NCBI RefSeq assembly: GCF_009914755.1 | Contig: NC_060926.1 | Strand: one strand, 5' to 3' | DNA from: the human T2T-CHM13v2.0 reference genome, Homo sapiens | DNA length: 64,000 bases | Part shown: one piece after another, positions 49,640-64,000 of the stretch | How positions within the stretch are numbered: position 1 is the first letter of the stretch | How the letters are laid out: every line of letters begins with the position of its first letter | Translations under genes and position numbers: made by a program | Notes under the pieces: generated by a model | Told to the model about the DNA's origin: nothing | Seen by the model: the letters and a program-made list of their open reading frames with translations, nothing else | The model's database searches: none

Positions 49640-50465
49640 CCACCAATAAGCACATGAAAGGATGATCAACATCATTAGCCATCAGGGTAAGACAAATGAA
49701 AACCACAATGAAATACCACTTCACACTCACTAGAATAGCTATAATTAAAAAGATAGTAAGAAGTACTGACATGGGTGTGGAGAATTTGGAACCCTCATAC
49801 ATTGCAAGATGCAATTCAAAATAGTGCAGCTGTTTTGCAAAACAGTCTGGTAGTTCCTCAAAAGGTTAAACACTAGAGTTATTTTATGACCCAACAATTC
49901 AATTCCTAGGTATATATCCAAGAGAAGTGAAAAAACTATGTTCACACAAAAACTTGTAAATAAATGTTCATAGAAGCATTATTCATAATAGTCAAGAAGT
50001 GGAAACAGCAACAAATATCCATCAACTGATGGATGAACAAATAAAATGAGGTATATCCACATGGTGGCACATTACTGGGCCATAAAAAGAAATGATGTAC
50101 TGATACATGCTACAACATGGATGAGTCTTGAAAACGTTATGCTAAGGGAAAGAAGTCAGTCACCAAGGATTACATATTATATGGCTCTATTTATATGAAT
50201 TGTCCAAAACTGGCAAACCCACAGAGATAGAAGGTAGACTGGTAGACTAGAAGGTACCACTCCTAGACTGGTATTAGGAGTAGGAGAGCTGGGGGAAATG
50301 GGGAGTGACTGCTAATGGGTATAGGGTTTCTTCTGGGGTGATGGAAATGTTCTAAAATTGAGTGTGGTGATGGTTTACACAACTCTGCAAATATACTAAA
50401 AACCACTGAATTAAATGGAGCATTGTATGGTATGTGAATTATATCCCAATAACACTGTTTAAAAA
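49640..50465 (+). mobile_element. L1MB-type 3' end within older L1M relic sequence
   Basis: Degenerate ORF2 tail and the L1MB 3'UTR motif ggggagtgactgctaatgggtatagggtttc...gtgatggaaatgttctaaaatt. Confidence 0.8.
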
Positions 50466-50502
50466 TTAATGTTTAAATCCCTGGACTCAGTAATCCTAAG
50501 CA

Positions 50503-50579
50503 TTAGTTTGAACCATATAAAACTGCAGATATCGGATCATTTTTGACCTATAGAACAGCAATTTAATAGTTCAACCTAA
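50503..50579. mobile_element. MADE2-like mariner MITE (~77 bp)
   Basis: Terminal inverted repeats ttagtttgaaccat...agttcaacctaa and a size matching the Hsmar2-derived MADE2. Confidence 0.75.
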
Positions 50580-52080
50580 CAGCTATTCTAAGACACAGTC
50601 CAAGACTTATTTGTAAAGATGTCAATATTTGTAATTTTGTAAGAATGTGATTTTTGAAACAACCTAAATGTTAAGAAATAAAATGATTAAATAAACTATT
50701 GTATAAGTACATGGTGGAAAATAATGCAAACATGTAAATTACATCTTTGAAGAATTATTTAAAGCATGATAAAATACTGTGTGTACTACTTTATGCAAAT
50801 TTTTAAAACATATATTTATTTGTAGGTAAAAATAAATAAATATAGGTAAATAAACCAAGAATTTAACAGTATTATCTCTGAAAGTTAGGATTACGGGTGA
50901 TACTAATTTTTCCTTTTTTTGTATTTTCCAAATTTTCTATAACAAGCTCATATTACTTTTAAAATTAGGAAATAATCTTATCACCAAAGAAAAGGAAAAA
51001 AAATCCAAGAAAGGCAGAGATACCCAATTCAAAGATAGACAAATATACTTGGATTCTATTAAATTTTACTTTTCATCAGAAAGGAATTTAATTTTTAAAA
51101 ATTCAAATTCAAGTATTTCAGCATTCTAAGATGAAAAGAAGCAACCTTGCTCTTTTATTCAAATAATGCTAAACTAGTTATTCAAAGAAGACCGTTATCC
51201 ATCTTAATTTGAAATCCCCAGTAAATAACAATTCACCACATCCCATTCTAGTTCTTTAATAACAATTTTGCCTGCCAACAAATTTATTTCTAATCTACAG
51301 TTGCAAATTGTTCTCTCCTGTCCAAGTCCTGAATAAATCAGAGAAGAGTTTATAAGACAGTTCTTTGTCATTTTGCACTTTTAGAAGTGGCTTAACTAAA
51401 ATACTGTTTCAAGTCCTGCCAGCATCAAGAGCTATGGATGTATCAGTCCCTTAAATCAGAACGCAGCAAGCTCTCCTTACCCCCCAAACTTTTCCTCCTA
51501 GATGTGCCAGAGTCCTGTCTCTTCAGCACTATGATGCATATCTACAGCCTGGCTATGTCAGGTTATTATCATCCAGTCTCTTAACTTCCCCAGTTCAGGG
51601 GATGGCAAACTGAAATTGTGATTACAACTTAATACTCATAAGAAGATACAACAAAAAGTTACTTAAGGTGAACATAATAATAAGACAATACTTTCTTGAA
51701 CTTCAAGTTTTAGTGCCTAAGGCAGCCTAGAGGGGTTTCCACATACTCTGCAGGATCTAGGTAAGGTAGTTTGCAGTTACCAGGAACATGAAAAATAAAT
51801 GAACTCAGTAACTGAGTTGAGTCCCCTTTACTCCAGGTGTTCACAGTTTACATGAACACCTGGAGTAAAGGGGAAAAAAAGAAAGATTCTGTTGAAGAGT
51901 CAGTCACAATTTATCATAGTTATTTTGAGCGACAGCTCTGGATCAAATCTTGCTTCCTAGTGAAATACCCTACTTTACTGCTAGCCCTTTTGATATTACC
52001 TAGACTAATTAAGCACATTCGTATAAATAAAAGCTACAGAAAAAAATTGAATAATCTAAATTATGAAAATTACATATCCT

Positions 52081-52200
52081 GGCCAGACAAGGTGGCTCAT
52101 GCCTGTAATCCCAGCACTCTGGGAGGCTGAGGGGAGAACTGCTTGAGCCCAAGAGTTCAGGACCAGCGTGGGCACCATAGTGAGCCCCATCTCTTAAAAA
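52081..52200 (+). mobile_element. FLAM (free left Alu monomer)
   Basis: A single Alu left arm with TSD aaaatta(ca/tg)tatc. An L2 3' end follows (52205-52410). Confidence 0.85.
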
Positions 52201-54367
52201 ATTATGTATCTAATCACTACTTGGAATTACATTATATACTTATATATTTACTTTGTTTGTTGTCTGTTTTTTATCACTAGAATGTAAACTCTGAGAGGGC
52301 AAGAATTTTTGTCTGCCTAATTCATCAGTTTAACTTCAGCATTTGGAACCGTGTCTCAAACATAATACTGTCTACTAAGTAGAAACGCAATAAATAGTGA
52401 ATGAATGAATAGTTCTTCCACACAAATGGAACACTATATAGCTATTAAAAATAGTATGCAGATCAATGATCATGCAAAGTCCTCCAGATTCAGCACTGTA
52501 ACAGTAACAGCCCTATAACTTACTAAGTTCATTTATTTTTCATGTTCCTGATAACTGCAAACTACCTTATGTAGATCCTGCAGAGTATGTGGAAAGAAAT
52601 AGAAAGAAGGATGTTGCAACTAAGCATTTATCATTTCCTTGGTAACTCTTAGAAACATAAAAAGAGGAGCTAGGGAAGCAGGAAATTACAAATGCCAGTA
52701 TATTAGCCATCAAGAAGACACTGGAATTTCTGCTGAAAGGGGCCTGTAAATCTACATGCATACCAAGCATTATCTGCATTTGGAATTTAAAAATACACTA
52801 TATAGGTATCATCCTTCATTTTGTTCAATTATTGTGTTACTGATTTCCTTAAATTCCTTAATATTTGATCATTATATATTTTCTCAATAAATGTTACTCA
52901 AAATTCAACTGCAATCTTTTGGGGACTTCTGGAAAAAATTGTTAAACTATAAAATGTTAGGAAACACTGTTAAAGACAAAGAATAATCACTTTTGAAATA
53001 GTGCCTACTTAGGTCTGAGATGACAGAATTTGGCTTAAGCCTTGAAAGAAAGGTGGAAATGAGAATTCCATGCAATTAGATAAGAATATAAGGAAAAGTA
53101 TGGGAGTGGGAAGCCCAAGACAAAATCAGGGGCAGGGTAGACCAGTTTTTGTTGAATGTTAACCCCTAAGCTGGACCCTGGCAGGCAGATTTGCCTTTTT
53201 ACCCTAAAGTCAAGAAGAGGAAAAGACCACAGCCATGACACCATGGCAATATTGCTCCAATAGAAAAAAAATCCCTGAAGTTTAACCTGAGTTCTGGCAG
53301 GTGCTGTGTTGGTAATAGTTTTCCCATAAATCTTGGTTGTTGTTGTTTTTTTAAGTTTATTTATAGCCCTGAAAGAACAAAATTATTGAACAAAGTCATA
53401 AAATACAGCAGTTAATGTCAATGTATAACAACTAAATAATTGAATGGGATTAAATTAAAAATAAACGGCATTATAAAATTTGAAGACTACAGAAAAGACT
53501 AACTACTTTCACTTAATTCCATTTCTGTCAAAACAAGGGGGGGGGAAAGCCAATGCATTCCAACCAAAGATGTTGAATTCCAAACATACCTGTTTCTCTT
53601 AATAAAGAATGAAAGTATGCTTGACAGTATTATACATTTCTTTCTGCCTCTGTCTTGGCAGCATTTTAGAAGAGTGAATGAGAAAGACTTCAGTTCTTTC
53701 AAGGCCAGGCCAATACTTGCTTCTTCCTTGTAACTCCAACTTCATCTACCACAGCATCTTTGCCAGAGTGTTCAATAAATTTTATTTCCATTATTTTATT
53801 CCCACTACATCTATGTTAAGATTCAATTATAAGAAGAGAAGTGAATGTTTTTTATTGATAAGGCAAGAAGGTTTTCAGAAAAATGAGCAAAATAATTAAT
53901 GAAACATATTTGGAGAACTTAATGGTCTCTGTTTTCAATATAATTCTTAATTTCATTTTTCTCTGAACTATATTGGCCTTCTAAAGCTATTACTGAATTA
54001 CAGAAACTGGTTTATTTTTGGTAGAAAGCTGCAGTGCCACTTGAGTTCCAGATTTTAAATTTTTTTGTAAACAGTTGGATGGATTATGATAAAGAAGAAT
54101 CTTGGTTGTTTTTGAACCACTCAGTCAGATATAGTCAAGTGAACACATAAAACACAAACAAATTGGTGAACAAATTATAGTTTCACAGTGATCATATGAA
54201 GCCTGGGTAACAGCTTTTAAAAGGCAAATAGTGCTGTGAGTAGATCATTTAAATATAGATAAAATATTGGAATTAATGAGTTATGGGATTCAATCCAAAT
54301 TATTCCAGGACTGAAGTCTTAATGATCAAATATAACGAAATCATGAGCCATCTGCCAGGACTTTTAA

Positions 54368-54716
<349 letters not shown>

Positions 54717-57659
54717 TTAATTATGGTTTTATTTCAACAGATTCAAAAATCTAACTTAGTTGAAATGTAGGCAGAAAAGGAAAAAAAATGAAATGAGAAC
54801 ACAAAGGGAATTTTTAAATAATTAGTTATTCTTTTTTTAGCATTTGTGTATCTTTTATAAAGACAATGGTGAATTAATATAGAACATAAAAAGTTGCCTG
54901 GCAGAGTTGTTGTAATACCACTATTCATGTACATAACAATATTTTTTAAAAATATTCAAAAAGTACCTTTGAAAAGTACCTTCTGTGGAAACTATTCATA
55001 AGATGACAGAAGAAATCTCTTTGCTCCCACGAAATTGACTTTATTAAGCTGATTAGTTGTTTGAGGGTTGGCTATTATAGTAGTACTACAGCTTGCAGCC
55101 ATGTCTAAAGGTAATCTAATTTTTTAAAAAAATCAGTTCTATGCCAGTCAAATCCCATGCAAGTCATACATGTGTGAGCTGCATTCAGTCTTCTGGGGCC
55201 ATCAATTTGTTGCCCCTTCTCAGCATGATGCAGTCAATATTCCCCTCCTCACTACAGTAAACTTAAATACCTTGTGCACCCCTGACATCTCAATAATCTT
55301 AAACATTCTCCTCACACTATTAGAAATGTGAGGCTAGGAGTTTATAAAATTTTCCCTATTATCTGGCTGTGAGTCTCAGGCCTGTTGCTGATAACAAAAC
55401 TCCAGCTTCCGCAGAGACTCATTAGCATCATTCAGGCACCATCCTCAACACCAGTTGGCAGAGCAGCATCATCAGTAACAAGCTCCTGGAACACAGCCAG
55501 CCCCTCAGCAACCAAGCTCAAGTTGGCTGCATCCCAGCTTTATGGGGTGGCGGAACATGTCGGCATGAAGGAGAGCAGCAGGGTAACCAAACACTCTGAA
55601 TCATGAGCTGAAGAGAGGTGACCAGGGCTAAAGAAACCTACAGAGATTAGCCAAAGAAGAACTTCAAACCACAGCTGCTAATACATTGGCTGTTGGAAAG
55701 TACCTGCAATAAACATATCATACTTTATGGAACACTGTAATATGAAATGACACTTTTAGGGCAGAGGTATAGGAACCTGGGAAGGCAGATAAGAGCCCTT
55801 GCTCTTTTCCATTTCCCAGGTTTATGCTGGCGTGCCCACACATCTTAATAGATCACAAATGTTTGCTCCTATCGAGGTCTCATTATTTTCTTCTTCAAAA
55901 TAATACCTTCCATCAATCACCCAGGAATAACAAAGTAATGACTTAATTGAATGCAAAGAGTCTACTCATACCACCTAAATCAGCTAGTTTATACATATTG
56001 CTGAAAAATAGGAATATTTGTTTGAAACCCACAAAGTGAACCAGAAAATTCCGATCATCTCTCCTGCATGGTCTGCCTTTGTGTGTACTTTCAAAGTGAA
56101 TTATCAAACTAGTAATTTGTCAGTATGGAACTTAAATTATTAATATGTGAATATAGTAGGCTATATTTCATACAAACTCTCACCACTGCTGATAAAATTA
56201 TTGCTAATTATCCAAGAACTTTAAAGAGCATGAGGATTTTAAAGTCATTAAAAGGGAAGCTTTCAGGCAGAGGGGATGACTATCTGTCAGGTAAAGTTTC
56301 CTGCATTGGATGAAGGAAAAGGTGGCAGGGAATGGACTTGGTGATTTTTCCAGTCTCTTCTACTACAGGGTATATGTATTACATGATGTAGCACAGCCAC
56401 TGAATTATAGGTATAGAATTTTCAAGAAACACAATATAGTGGTCCTATGCACAATTATGTTAGGTACATAAATAGCCCAGAAATCAGTATACCACATTTA
56501 ATTTTTAATTTATCTCAGTCAAATGATTTACTGATTTCCATATTACAAAATGTTTTGAAATTATACAGAACATAACTTATAGTCTCTAGATGTTGACATT
56601 TTAAGATATCAGGACATACAAATCATATTATGCTAATGTGCAACAAATTCACCACTACTCATGTGAATGATGACATGGCAGTTATGTGTATAAAATAAAA
56701 TTACGAACAGGGTTCAAATTACTTTAGTCTGGCTTTGAAATATATGGTGAACTTTCATAAGGCTCATTTATTGATAATAAGTGCTACCCTAAGCACTTTA
56801 CATCTATTATCTATTTTACTCCACACAACAACCATGTGATGGAGGTTCTGAGGCTAGAAAGATGCAGCCACTTGCTGAAGGTCACTCAGTTAATAAGCAG
56901 CAGAGCAAAGACTTGAACCTGCTTTGGAGACTTTCTAACTCCAGAGCCTCTCACCTAACACTCACGACATGGCTTCCTTTTTGCTTCCTTGTTTTCTTAC
57001 TTGTAGGCAACATTGAAATTACTTTGGTTGCTGCAGTTTATGCTATTGAACGTGGGACAAGGTTTTCTGAAGTCTGCTTGGCTGACCAAGGAAAACTAAT
57101 TTGAGTTTTAAAATGTGAAGTGAATGAAGTTGGCAGAGCTCTGAGAAATTAGGTACACATACTGCTACCATTGTAAATGGGATCAATATTTCCAAAAGCT
57201 ATCTATAACATGGAATGAGAGCTATAAAACTTTTCTTGCCCTTTGACTCAGTAATTTCAGTCTTTGGAATATAACCTCAAGGAAATAACACCAAAGAAAA
57301 AGGTAATTTGTTCAAGATGTTCATTCAAGGGCTATTTGTATTAGTGAAACACAGGGGAAAAATCCAAATTCTCACTAATAGGACAGTGACTAAGCAATCC
57401 AGGCTCTGTAGAAAAAGAAAAGAAGAAAATTTTATGATCTCCCAAAATGACAAATGTAGAATATATTCGTATGTGGACGCATATGTAAGAAATAACTGGG
57501 TTAAAACGTAGAATGCAAATTAGTACATATAAGGATAACCTTGTACACCCAAGTAAAAGAGTATGTGTATTAATAAGGCAAGAGATTCATGAACTTATAA
57601 AGAAATATATTCCCCTTTTAACTGGAGAAATCCCAATAAGGGAGGATCATCTGGCATAT

Positions 57660-58131
57660 ACATTGTATTTAATAAAAATTTATCTTTAAATGAGGACAAA
57701 CACAGGCTATTTATTCATCCCATGCTATAACAAGGAAGACAGTCACCATCTCTTGCATTTGGAACTCTCAAAGGGGAGTGCACAAGTTTTACGGTGAAAA
57801 AAATAGAAGACTTTAGGTATGTTCTAAGTGGAGGTTGTTGGCATGGGGAAGCTGAAGGCAGGGTAACTAGAAGCACGGCATTTTAGGTAATGAGTTCAGG
57901 GAATATATTTGGCTTTTCTCTCAGTGGCTCTGAGTTGTAAGTATGCAGGGGTGGAGGGCATGATGAGAGCAAAAAAATAGGGAAGGTGGCGGTCATTGAC
58001 CAAATCCTGGCTGTGCTAAGCTGATTGCTACAGAGACTGTGATTTGGCCTTCTAAGCTGCCTGCTGAAGAGAATGTGGGTCTGTCATTATATGTGGACTG
58101 GTCATTGTCCATTTGTATACCCAATCTCTCA
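57660..58131 (-). mobile_element. ERV1 LTR relic (MER31/MER67-like)
   Basis: The minus strand begins tgagagattgggtatacaaatggacaatgacc, similar to the recalled MER31 5' end. The left boundary is uncertain. Confidence 0.55.
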
Positions 58132-58295
58132 TATAGAAGACCAGTTTATAATTTTATAAAAGGTTGTAACTCAGAAACAGCCAGATGGAAGAGATACATA
58201 GGGCGAGGTATAGGGGAAGAGGTGCAGAGCTTCTGATCCTTCTCTGGGTGTGCCACCCTCCCAGCTACCACCTTTCAGCAACCTGGGAGGTCCAC
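58132..58295. mobile_element. MER21-like LTR fragment
   Basis: Motif acagccagatggaagagatacatagggcgaggtat...gccaccctcccag. Confidence 0.6.
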
Positions 58296-61010
58296 TTGAT
58301 ATGAATGTATAGACTTAAATTAGACAAAGGTAATTTTTAAACTGAGGCCTGACTGACATACACATGATACCTCACATGTATTCACGTGCTGTCAGGAAAA
58401 GCTAATCAATCGCTCATGAGAACTTACTAAGTCCTAAGTTCTCTTCCAAGTTCTTTCCCCGGATTCTCTCATTTAATCTCCCTACAGCCCTGTGAGTAAG
58501 TGTTACTATCACCCCTCTTCTAAGAGGAGAATATTGTGGCCCAGAGAAGCTAAGTAACTTGCCCAAGGTTACTGAGGCCATGGCAGAGATGTAATTTCAA
58601 CCCAGATAGACTCACCATATGGCCAGTACAGCCATTATACTTTGCTGTCTTCTCTTATTTGGAAGAAATACTTTCCCGTGAATCACTTCTAGATTTTGTC
58701 TTCTGCTTTTCTCCTTCACCTTTTCTGTTTGGTTTGCAATATATAGGATCCTTTCAGGAAATAACAATACCCATACGCAGAAGTTGTTGAGATAAAATAC
58801 TCTCCAGCTGGTGCCACCTGCATGAACACAATCTACCTGCACTAACTGGTAGGACTTCTTACAAGAAGCAAAACTAGAGTAGGGTTTTCAAGTCAGGTGT
58901 GGGAGTTGTAGAGGCTGGAAGATAAAATGCCACTGTGGCACATGGGATAACTACAGAAGAGAAAAATATATCATTTCAAGCTAGAAAATATTCAGATAAG
59001 GCTGAATCTAAGAAAAAGTTGCTTGGGGATAAGTGACAAATTAAGAATATTTTAAAACTCATAGGGAAAATATTAATTATTTAAAAAAATTGTATTTTAC
59101 ACTTGCCTAGTTTCTTGTATTTTGCAAAGTATTTCTCATTGATGATCTTATTTAACTCTCCTGCTATAGAGTGGTGAATAGTATAGTTGACAGATGAGAA
59201 AACTTCAGGTCAGAGGTAAGTGTGAGCTGTGCATCCAAGCAGCTGCCTGTCATTAGCTGAGCTGGGACTCAGTCCCAGGCTCTCATTCTTAATAGAACTA
59301 AACATTGATGCTATTCAAGAAAGGTACAGAGTCCTGTGCAAATCTTCCCTTTAAATTATTCACAGCTCATGAAGCTCTATCTCACAGGTACAAGTCCATT
59401 AAGAAAAGTCCAGAAAACAAATCTAACATAAATGGAATCAAAGATAAGAACTAAATATATAATGAGTTCCTTTTAAATGAAGGCAGCAGAGCAAAGGCAG
59501 GACTACCATCTGTGTACAAACTGAACTGTTAGGGGTATGGTATGGGTATGTAGTGGTTATGTTTGGAAAGACGCAAAACCCACATCCTTCTACCTAAATC
59601 TGTATAAGAGGCACATCATCTCAGGACTCTGCCATCTATGATACAAAATGCACAAAATGAAATTTCTGCTTTATCTTACATTCCATGGAAATATCTTTAT
59701 TGGAATAAAGTGGCCTACATTTATATTCACTTCTAAACAACGTCCTCTCCTTCTCATCTGTTTCTGTCTGATGGAGGCCTATTTTTGCTTCAGAGGACAG
59801 ATCAAATACCGCCTCTTCCAGGAAGCCTTTTCAGATCCAAGTGAGAACAAGCCTGTCTTTCCTAGGCGCCCCCAGCCTGTCTGAGAACAACTTGCTGATG
59901 ATTCTTGTCTCCTGCCTTGTGTAGCTCCTGGATGACATAACATGATTGGGATTTATCTTTGTGCCTCTTAGGATCCCAATACAAGTGCCTCATACCCCAT
60001 AGCATTTTACTTCATTGTAAGAAATCTTTTGAGGTCCTATCATGCTCTATGAATTCAAAAACCTTTAAGGAGAGTTGGGCCGTCTCAATTCCACTATAAA
60101 AATGACCTCAATCAAGGACTGTCTTCACTTAAAAACCTTCTTGTTTCCTTACAATCATATTTCATGTTGACCTTCTGTGCCAGAACATTTGCATTAATTT
60201 AATGCATTTGTAATTAGCATTGGCAAATGACAAACCCACATCCAGAAGGTTAAATTATAAAGTGTTTTTTAATTAAATAGAAATATGAGAGTCATCAAAC
60301 TTAAACAAACTAATTTGAGATTTGCTTTTAGCGCATATTTTATAAATATTCAACCAGATTTTATTCAATATAAAGGTAGAAGCTTCAAAGCCAGAACTTC
60401 AGTTCTTTGAGGACTCTCTCTCTTTTAATATAAACTGGTAAATAAACTACTAGTGAAAGAACTTAAAATTTCAGAGCAAAAAGTACATTACTTCCACCAA
60501 GGTCAATTACTCTTCAGGGACAAAAGTAATGTTCTTTTTATTAGCAATTTGAAATAACAATTAAATAACATTCGTTTTTATTGAGATTTTTATATAAGAA
60601 CTGAGAAAACAATTCTTTGTTGTAGTTATAAAAATATAGGAGAAAGTGCTGAGTTTCTGAAACACAGCAATCTTCCTATATTTTCTATCTTCCCTTAGGC
60701 CATGTGTGGTGGAGTTGTGATCCTTATCTTACTTATAAGGAAGACAAAGACCAGGGAACAACAAGAATACTACCGAGGCTTATAATGAAAAGCAAGCTAC
60801 AAAAAAAGATGAAGTAATTATTTTCAATTTTACCACATTCTATGAAATATCGAAAAACTCCCATTTCATTTTGTATACCATGAGAAAAAGCTCTTTGATC
60901 CATGAATGGGCTAATCCAACAGCTATTCACATAATTCCTGTCTTTTAAAGGAGAATAGCAATCAATGACCAAGAAGAAAAGTACAACTCACAAAAGGCAT
61001 GAAATCTTAC

Positions 61011-61169
61011 TTTTTCATCATCTTCAGTAAATGGAGCTCCTTCAGGAATCTTATTTATCGCTTGGGCCACACCAATAATCTCACCATCACTGCTTCGGAT
61101 AGGCATGCACAATAATGATTTTGTCTTGTATCCAGTTAGCTTGTCGATTTCATCATTGAATCGTCGATC
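61011..61169 (-). CDS. PDE11A: Internal coding exon of phosphodiesterase 11A (GAF-A domain), 159 nt, phase 0/0
   Basis: The reverse complement translates to [53 protein letters not shown], recognised as PDE11A GAF-A with the NK..F...DE motif. It has a pyrimidine-rich ...ttttAG acceptor (ct at 61170-61171 on +) and a GTAAG donor (cttac at 61006-61010 on +). It is absent from the ORF track because it is short and spliced. Confidence 0.96.
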
Positions 61170-61559
61170 CTAAAAATAAGACAAAGAAAGCATTAACTGC
61201 ATGTGCATTGTTGTCAGGGAGAAGGAGAGAGAGGTTTATTTCTGCATATGATACCTTATCACTGGGAACTAGCCCCATGAATTTTTAATCACAATAACAG
61301 ATTTGACTTCATTTTTAATTCACCAAAGGAATATAAATCCAAATAAGTCAATGCCATAGTTGTTTGCCAAAGTAAATGAAGAGAGAGACTTTAAGCCCAA
61401 CCGCAACACATCAAAATTGGGGAAACGTGTTTTTAAGGAAAGCGATTTATGCGATTTATGAAAACATGTTATTTCAAAAAGACAGGATATGAAATGTCAT
61501 ATAAGAAACTTACATGAGAAATATATACTAAACACTGAAAAATTGTTCAATATAGAGCT

Positions 61560-62440
61560 ACTTTATTTCTGGCCAAAATGATCCTGTGAAAAAAAAAATC
61601 TATGAGTACATAATGATATTTCAAAATCCTCCCAAAAAGATGTGGGGTATGGGGAGATAAAAGACTTCTCTATAGAATGCCAGCTAAAATATATAAAATA
61701 AATGATAAAATTATACAATATATTTTGCAACTACCTATATAATTATGTTTACAAGCAAGGGTCATTAAGTATGCTAATACCATTGGGTGAAAATTGTTTA
61801 ACTTAAACAGTATAGTCACACAGTCTCAAAGTGCCACACCCAAAGATTCCTTATTACAAAGGTAAAAGGTGTCTTTGTAGTGAATAAATCTGGTGAACGC
61901 TACCTCAAACAAGTAAACTTAGCATCACTCTTTAGAAGAAAAATTAACACCATGTGCCTCCTGATATAATGCAATGGAAAGGACACAACATCACCAAGAA
62001 TACAGTGTTCTTGTCAAATGTGTAACGTGAATCTAATTATTCAAGAAATGAAAATTAAGAAATGTAGAAATCATCAGTCATTCTATCAGAAACCTAACGC
62101 TGGATGCTTAAAAAATGTCAAGATCATGAAAGACAAAAAAAAAGTTTTTTTAAATAAATATAAAGTTAAATCATGGGAGCTATACCAATTTAAAGAAGAC
62201 TGAAGAGACCTGAAATCCAAATAAAATATGTGATCCTTTACTAGAAATTCCGAAAATTCCACAAAGGATATTTCTGGAGGGACAATTGGAGAAAGTTAAG
62301 TCAGATAATTATATCATTATAAACTTTCTTAAGTATGATACTGGTGTTGTAATTATGCTGCAGAATGTCCTTATTCTTAGGATATACATGCTAGGGTATT
62401 TGGGGAGTGAAATATCATACCTTCAACTCACTTTCAAGGA
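61560..62440 (+). mobile_element. L1MC-type 3'UTR relic
   Basis: Motifs such as gtcaagatcatgaaagacaaa and atgtgatcctt...ttattcttaggatatacatgct. Confidence 0.55.
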
Positions 62441-62663
62441 AGGAACGAATGGATGGAAGGAGGGAGGGAGAGAAGGGAAGGAGAGAGGAAAAGGAGGGTG
62501 GAAGGAAAAAAAGAAAAAGATTGGCTCCTGAGTAACTGTGACTAAAAATGCTCCAAGGTAGATGATAAACTGGATCCAGTCTGATGATAAACTATTTCAA
62601 GTCAGGGGTTGGAGTGAGGCTTCTTCCTGTACCTTCTGCACACCCCTGTTAAAGGAGGCTTAA

Positions 62664-62993
<330 letters not shown>

Positions 62994-63229
62994 AGGAGTC
63001 TTTAAATGCCATTATGAGGCCTGGCTCTGGTCTGGTGATCCATGGAGGCCACACTAAACCCCAGAGAGAGGAGAGTCCAATTAAAGAGAGGGAAATCAAA
63101 ACCCAAACAAAACCAAATCTCCTGCTCAAAATAAGTATGTGACCAAACTTTCAGAAAATCAGCAATCTGTATTAATTATTTTTAAATTTCTCTGAGGAAC
63201 TACTACATGTCAGGCTATGGGCTAGGTGG

Positions 63230-63840
63230 AAGTTGCAATCAAGTAGGTGAGGCAGACAATGTATAGATGTATATTTATATATTGTGGTAAGTGTTACTGA
63301 GAAAAAAGCAAAATGCGTGAGAGAGACTGAATATGAAGGACTTATTTTTATAGGGATCAAGGAAGTTCTCTCTCAAAACAGAACAAATAAGCTGAGACTT
63401 CAATCATGAGTAAGAATTTTCTAGGCAAAGAGTGGTGGAAAGAACTTTCCAGGAAGATGAACCAATACATATAAGGTCCTGAAGCAGGAAAAAGCTTAAT
63501 AAGTTCCAAAAAGTCAAAGGTCAATGTGGCTAGAGTAGAGGGAGACAAAGGGAGAGTGAAAGAGGGAGGCAGTGACCAAATGGTGCCAAGTCTCACAGGC
63601 CTAGAAAGAGTTATATTTAATCCCAAATGCAATGGAAAACCTTCGAAGATCTTGAAGCAGAAGAATAGCATTGGCCACTATTTAGCACTTAGATTCTCTG
63701 CAATTATCTTACCAGTTTACTTGTTCTCCTCCCAACTAAAATATAAAATCTAAGACAGCAGAGATTTTGTCTCTCCTATTTACTGCTTCATTCTGGCATG
63801 CATATTATACATGCACAATAATATTTTTTAAATAATTTAT
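63230..63840. mobile_element. L2 fragments in both orientations
   Basis: L2 body motifs (aatgcaatggaaaacc...gaagatcttgaagcag) and an L2 3'-end motif. Confidence 0.55.
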
Positions 63841-64000
63841 TCTTTTGAAAAGATTGCATTGCAATTATGCAGAATATAGAAAAGTTGTTAAGGCGCTAAG
63901 GTGCCACAAACCACTCTTTGGCATGTATGTAGAGACATTTTTCCAAATATATAGAAGAGAGGTACACAAATGTTCACTGCAACATCAATTATGAAAATTA

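Noticed and set aside
53840-54100. Stretch resembling a retroposed mRNA 3'UTR fragment
   Set aside because: I could not identify a parent gene, TSDs or a clear poly(A) tail. A BLAT search would settle it.

Overview
This is human (primate) genomic DNA, not prokaryotic. Almost all of it is intron of the minus-strand phosphodiesterase gene PDE11A. One 159-nt coding exon (61011-61169, GAF-A domain, containing the NKFDE motif) lies near the right end. The rest is repeat-rich intron. It contains (1) a near-complete, TSD-flanked processed API5 pseudogene in the same sense as PDE11A (41513-45571); (2) a full-length L1HS-Ta (Ta-0 type) element antisense to PDE11A (19766-25791), whose ORF1 and ORF2 carry four inactivating lesions while the 5'UTR, antisense-promoter region and ORF0 are intact and point down the PDE11A sense strand; and (3) older L1PA/L1M fragments, about 16 Alus/FLAMs including a nested four-Alu stack, plus L2/MIR relics, LTR relics, DNA-transposon relics, microsatellites and short tandem duplications. 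I found no new biological system. The best testable lead is the L1 antisense promoter/ORF0 unit as a possible internal promoter for a short PDE11A isoform. Most short ORFs in the track are repeat-derived or chance. Repeat subfamily calls rest on recalled consensus motifs and need RepeatMasker/Dfam confirmation.
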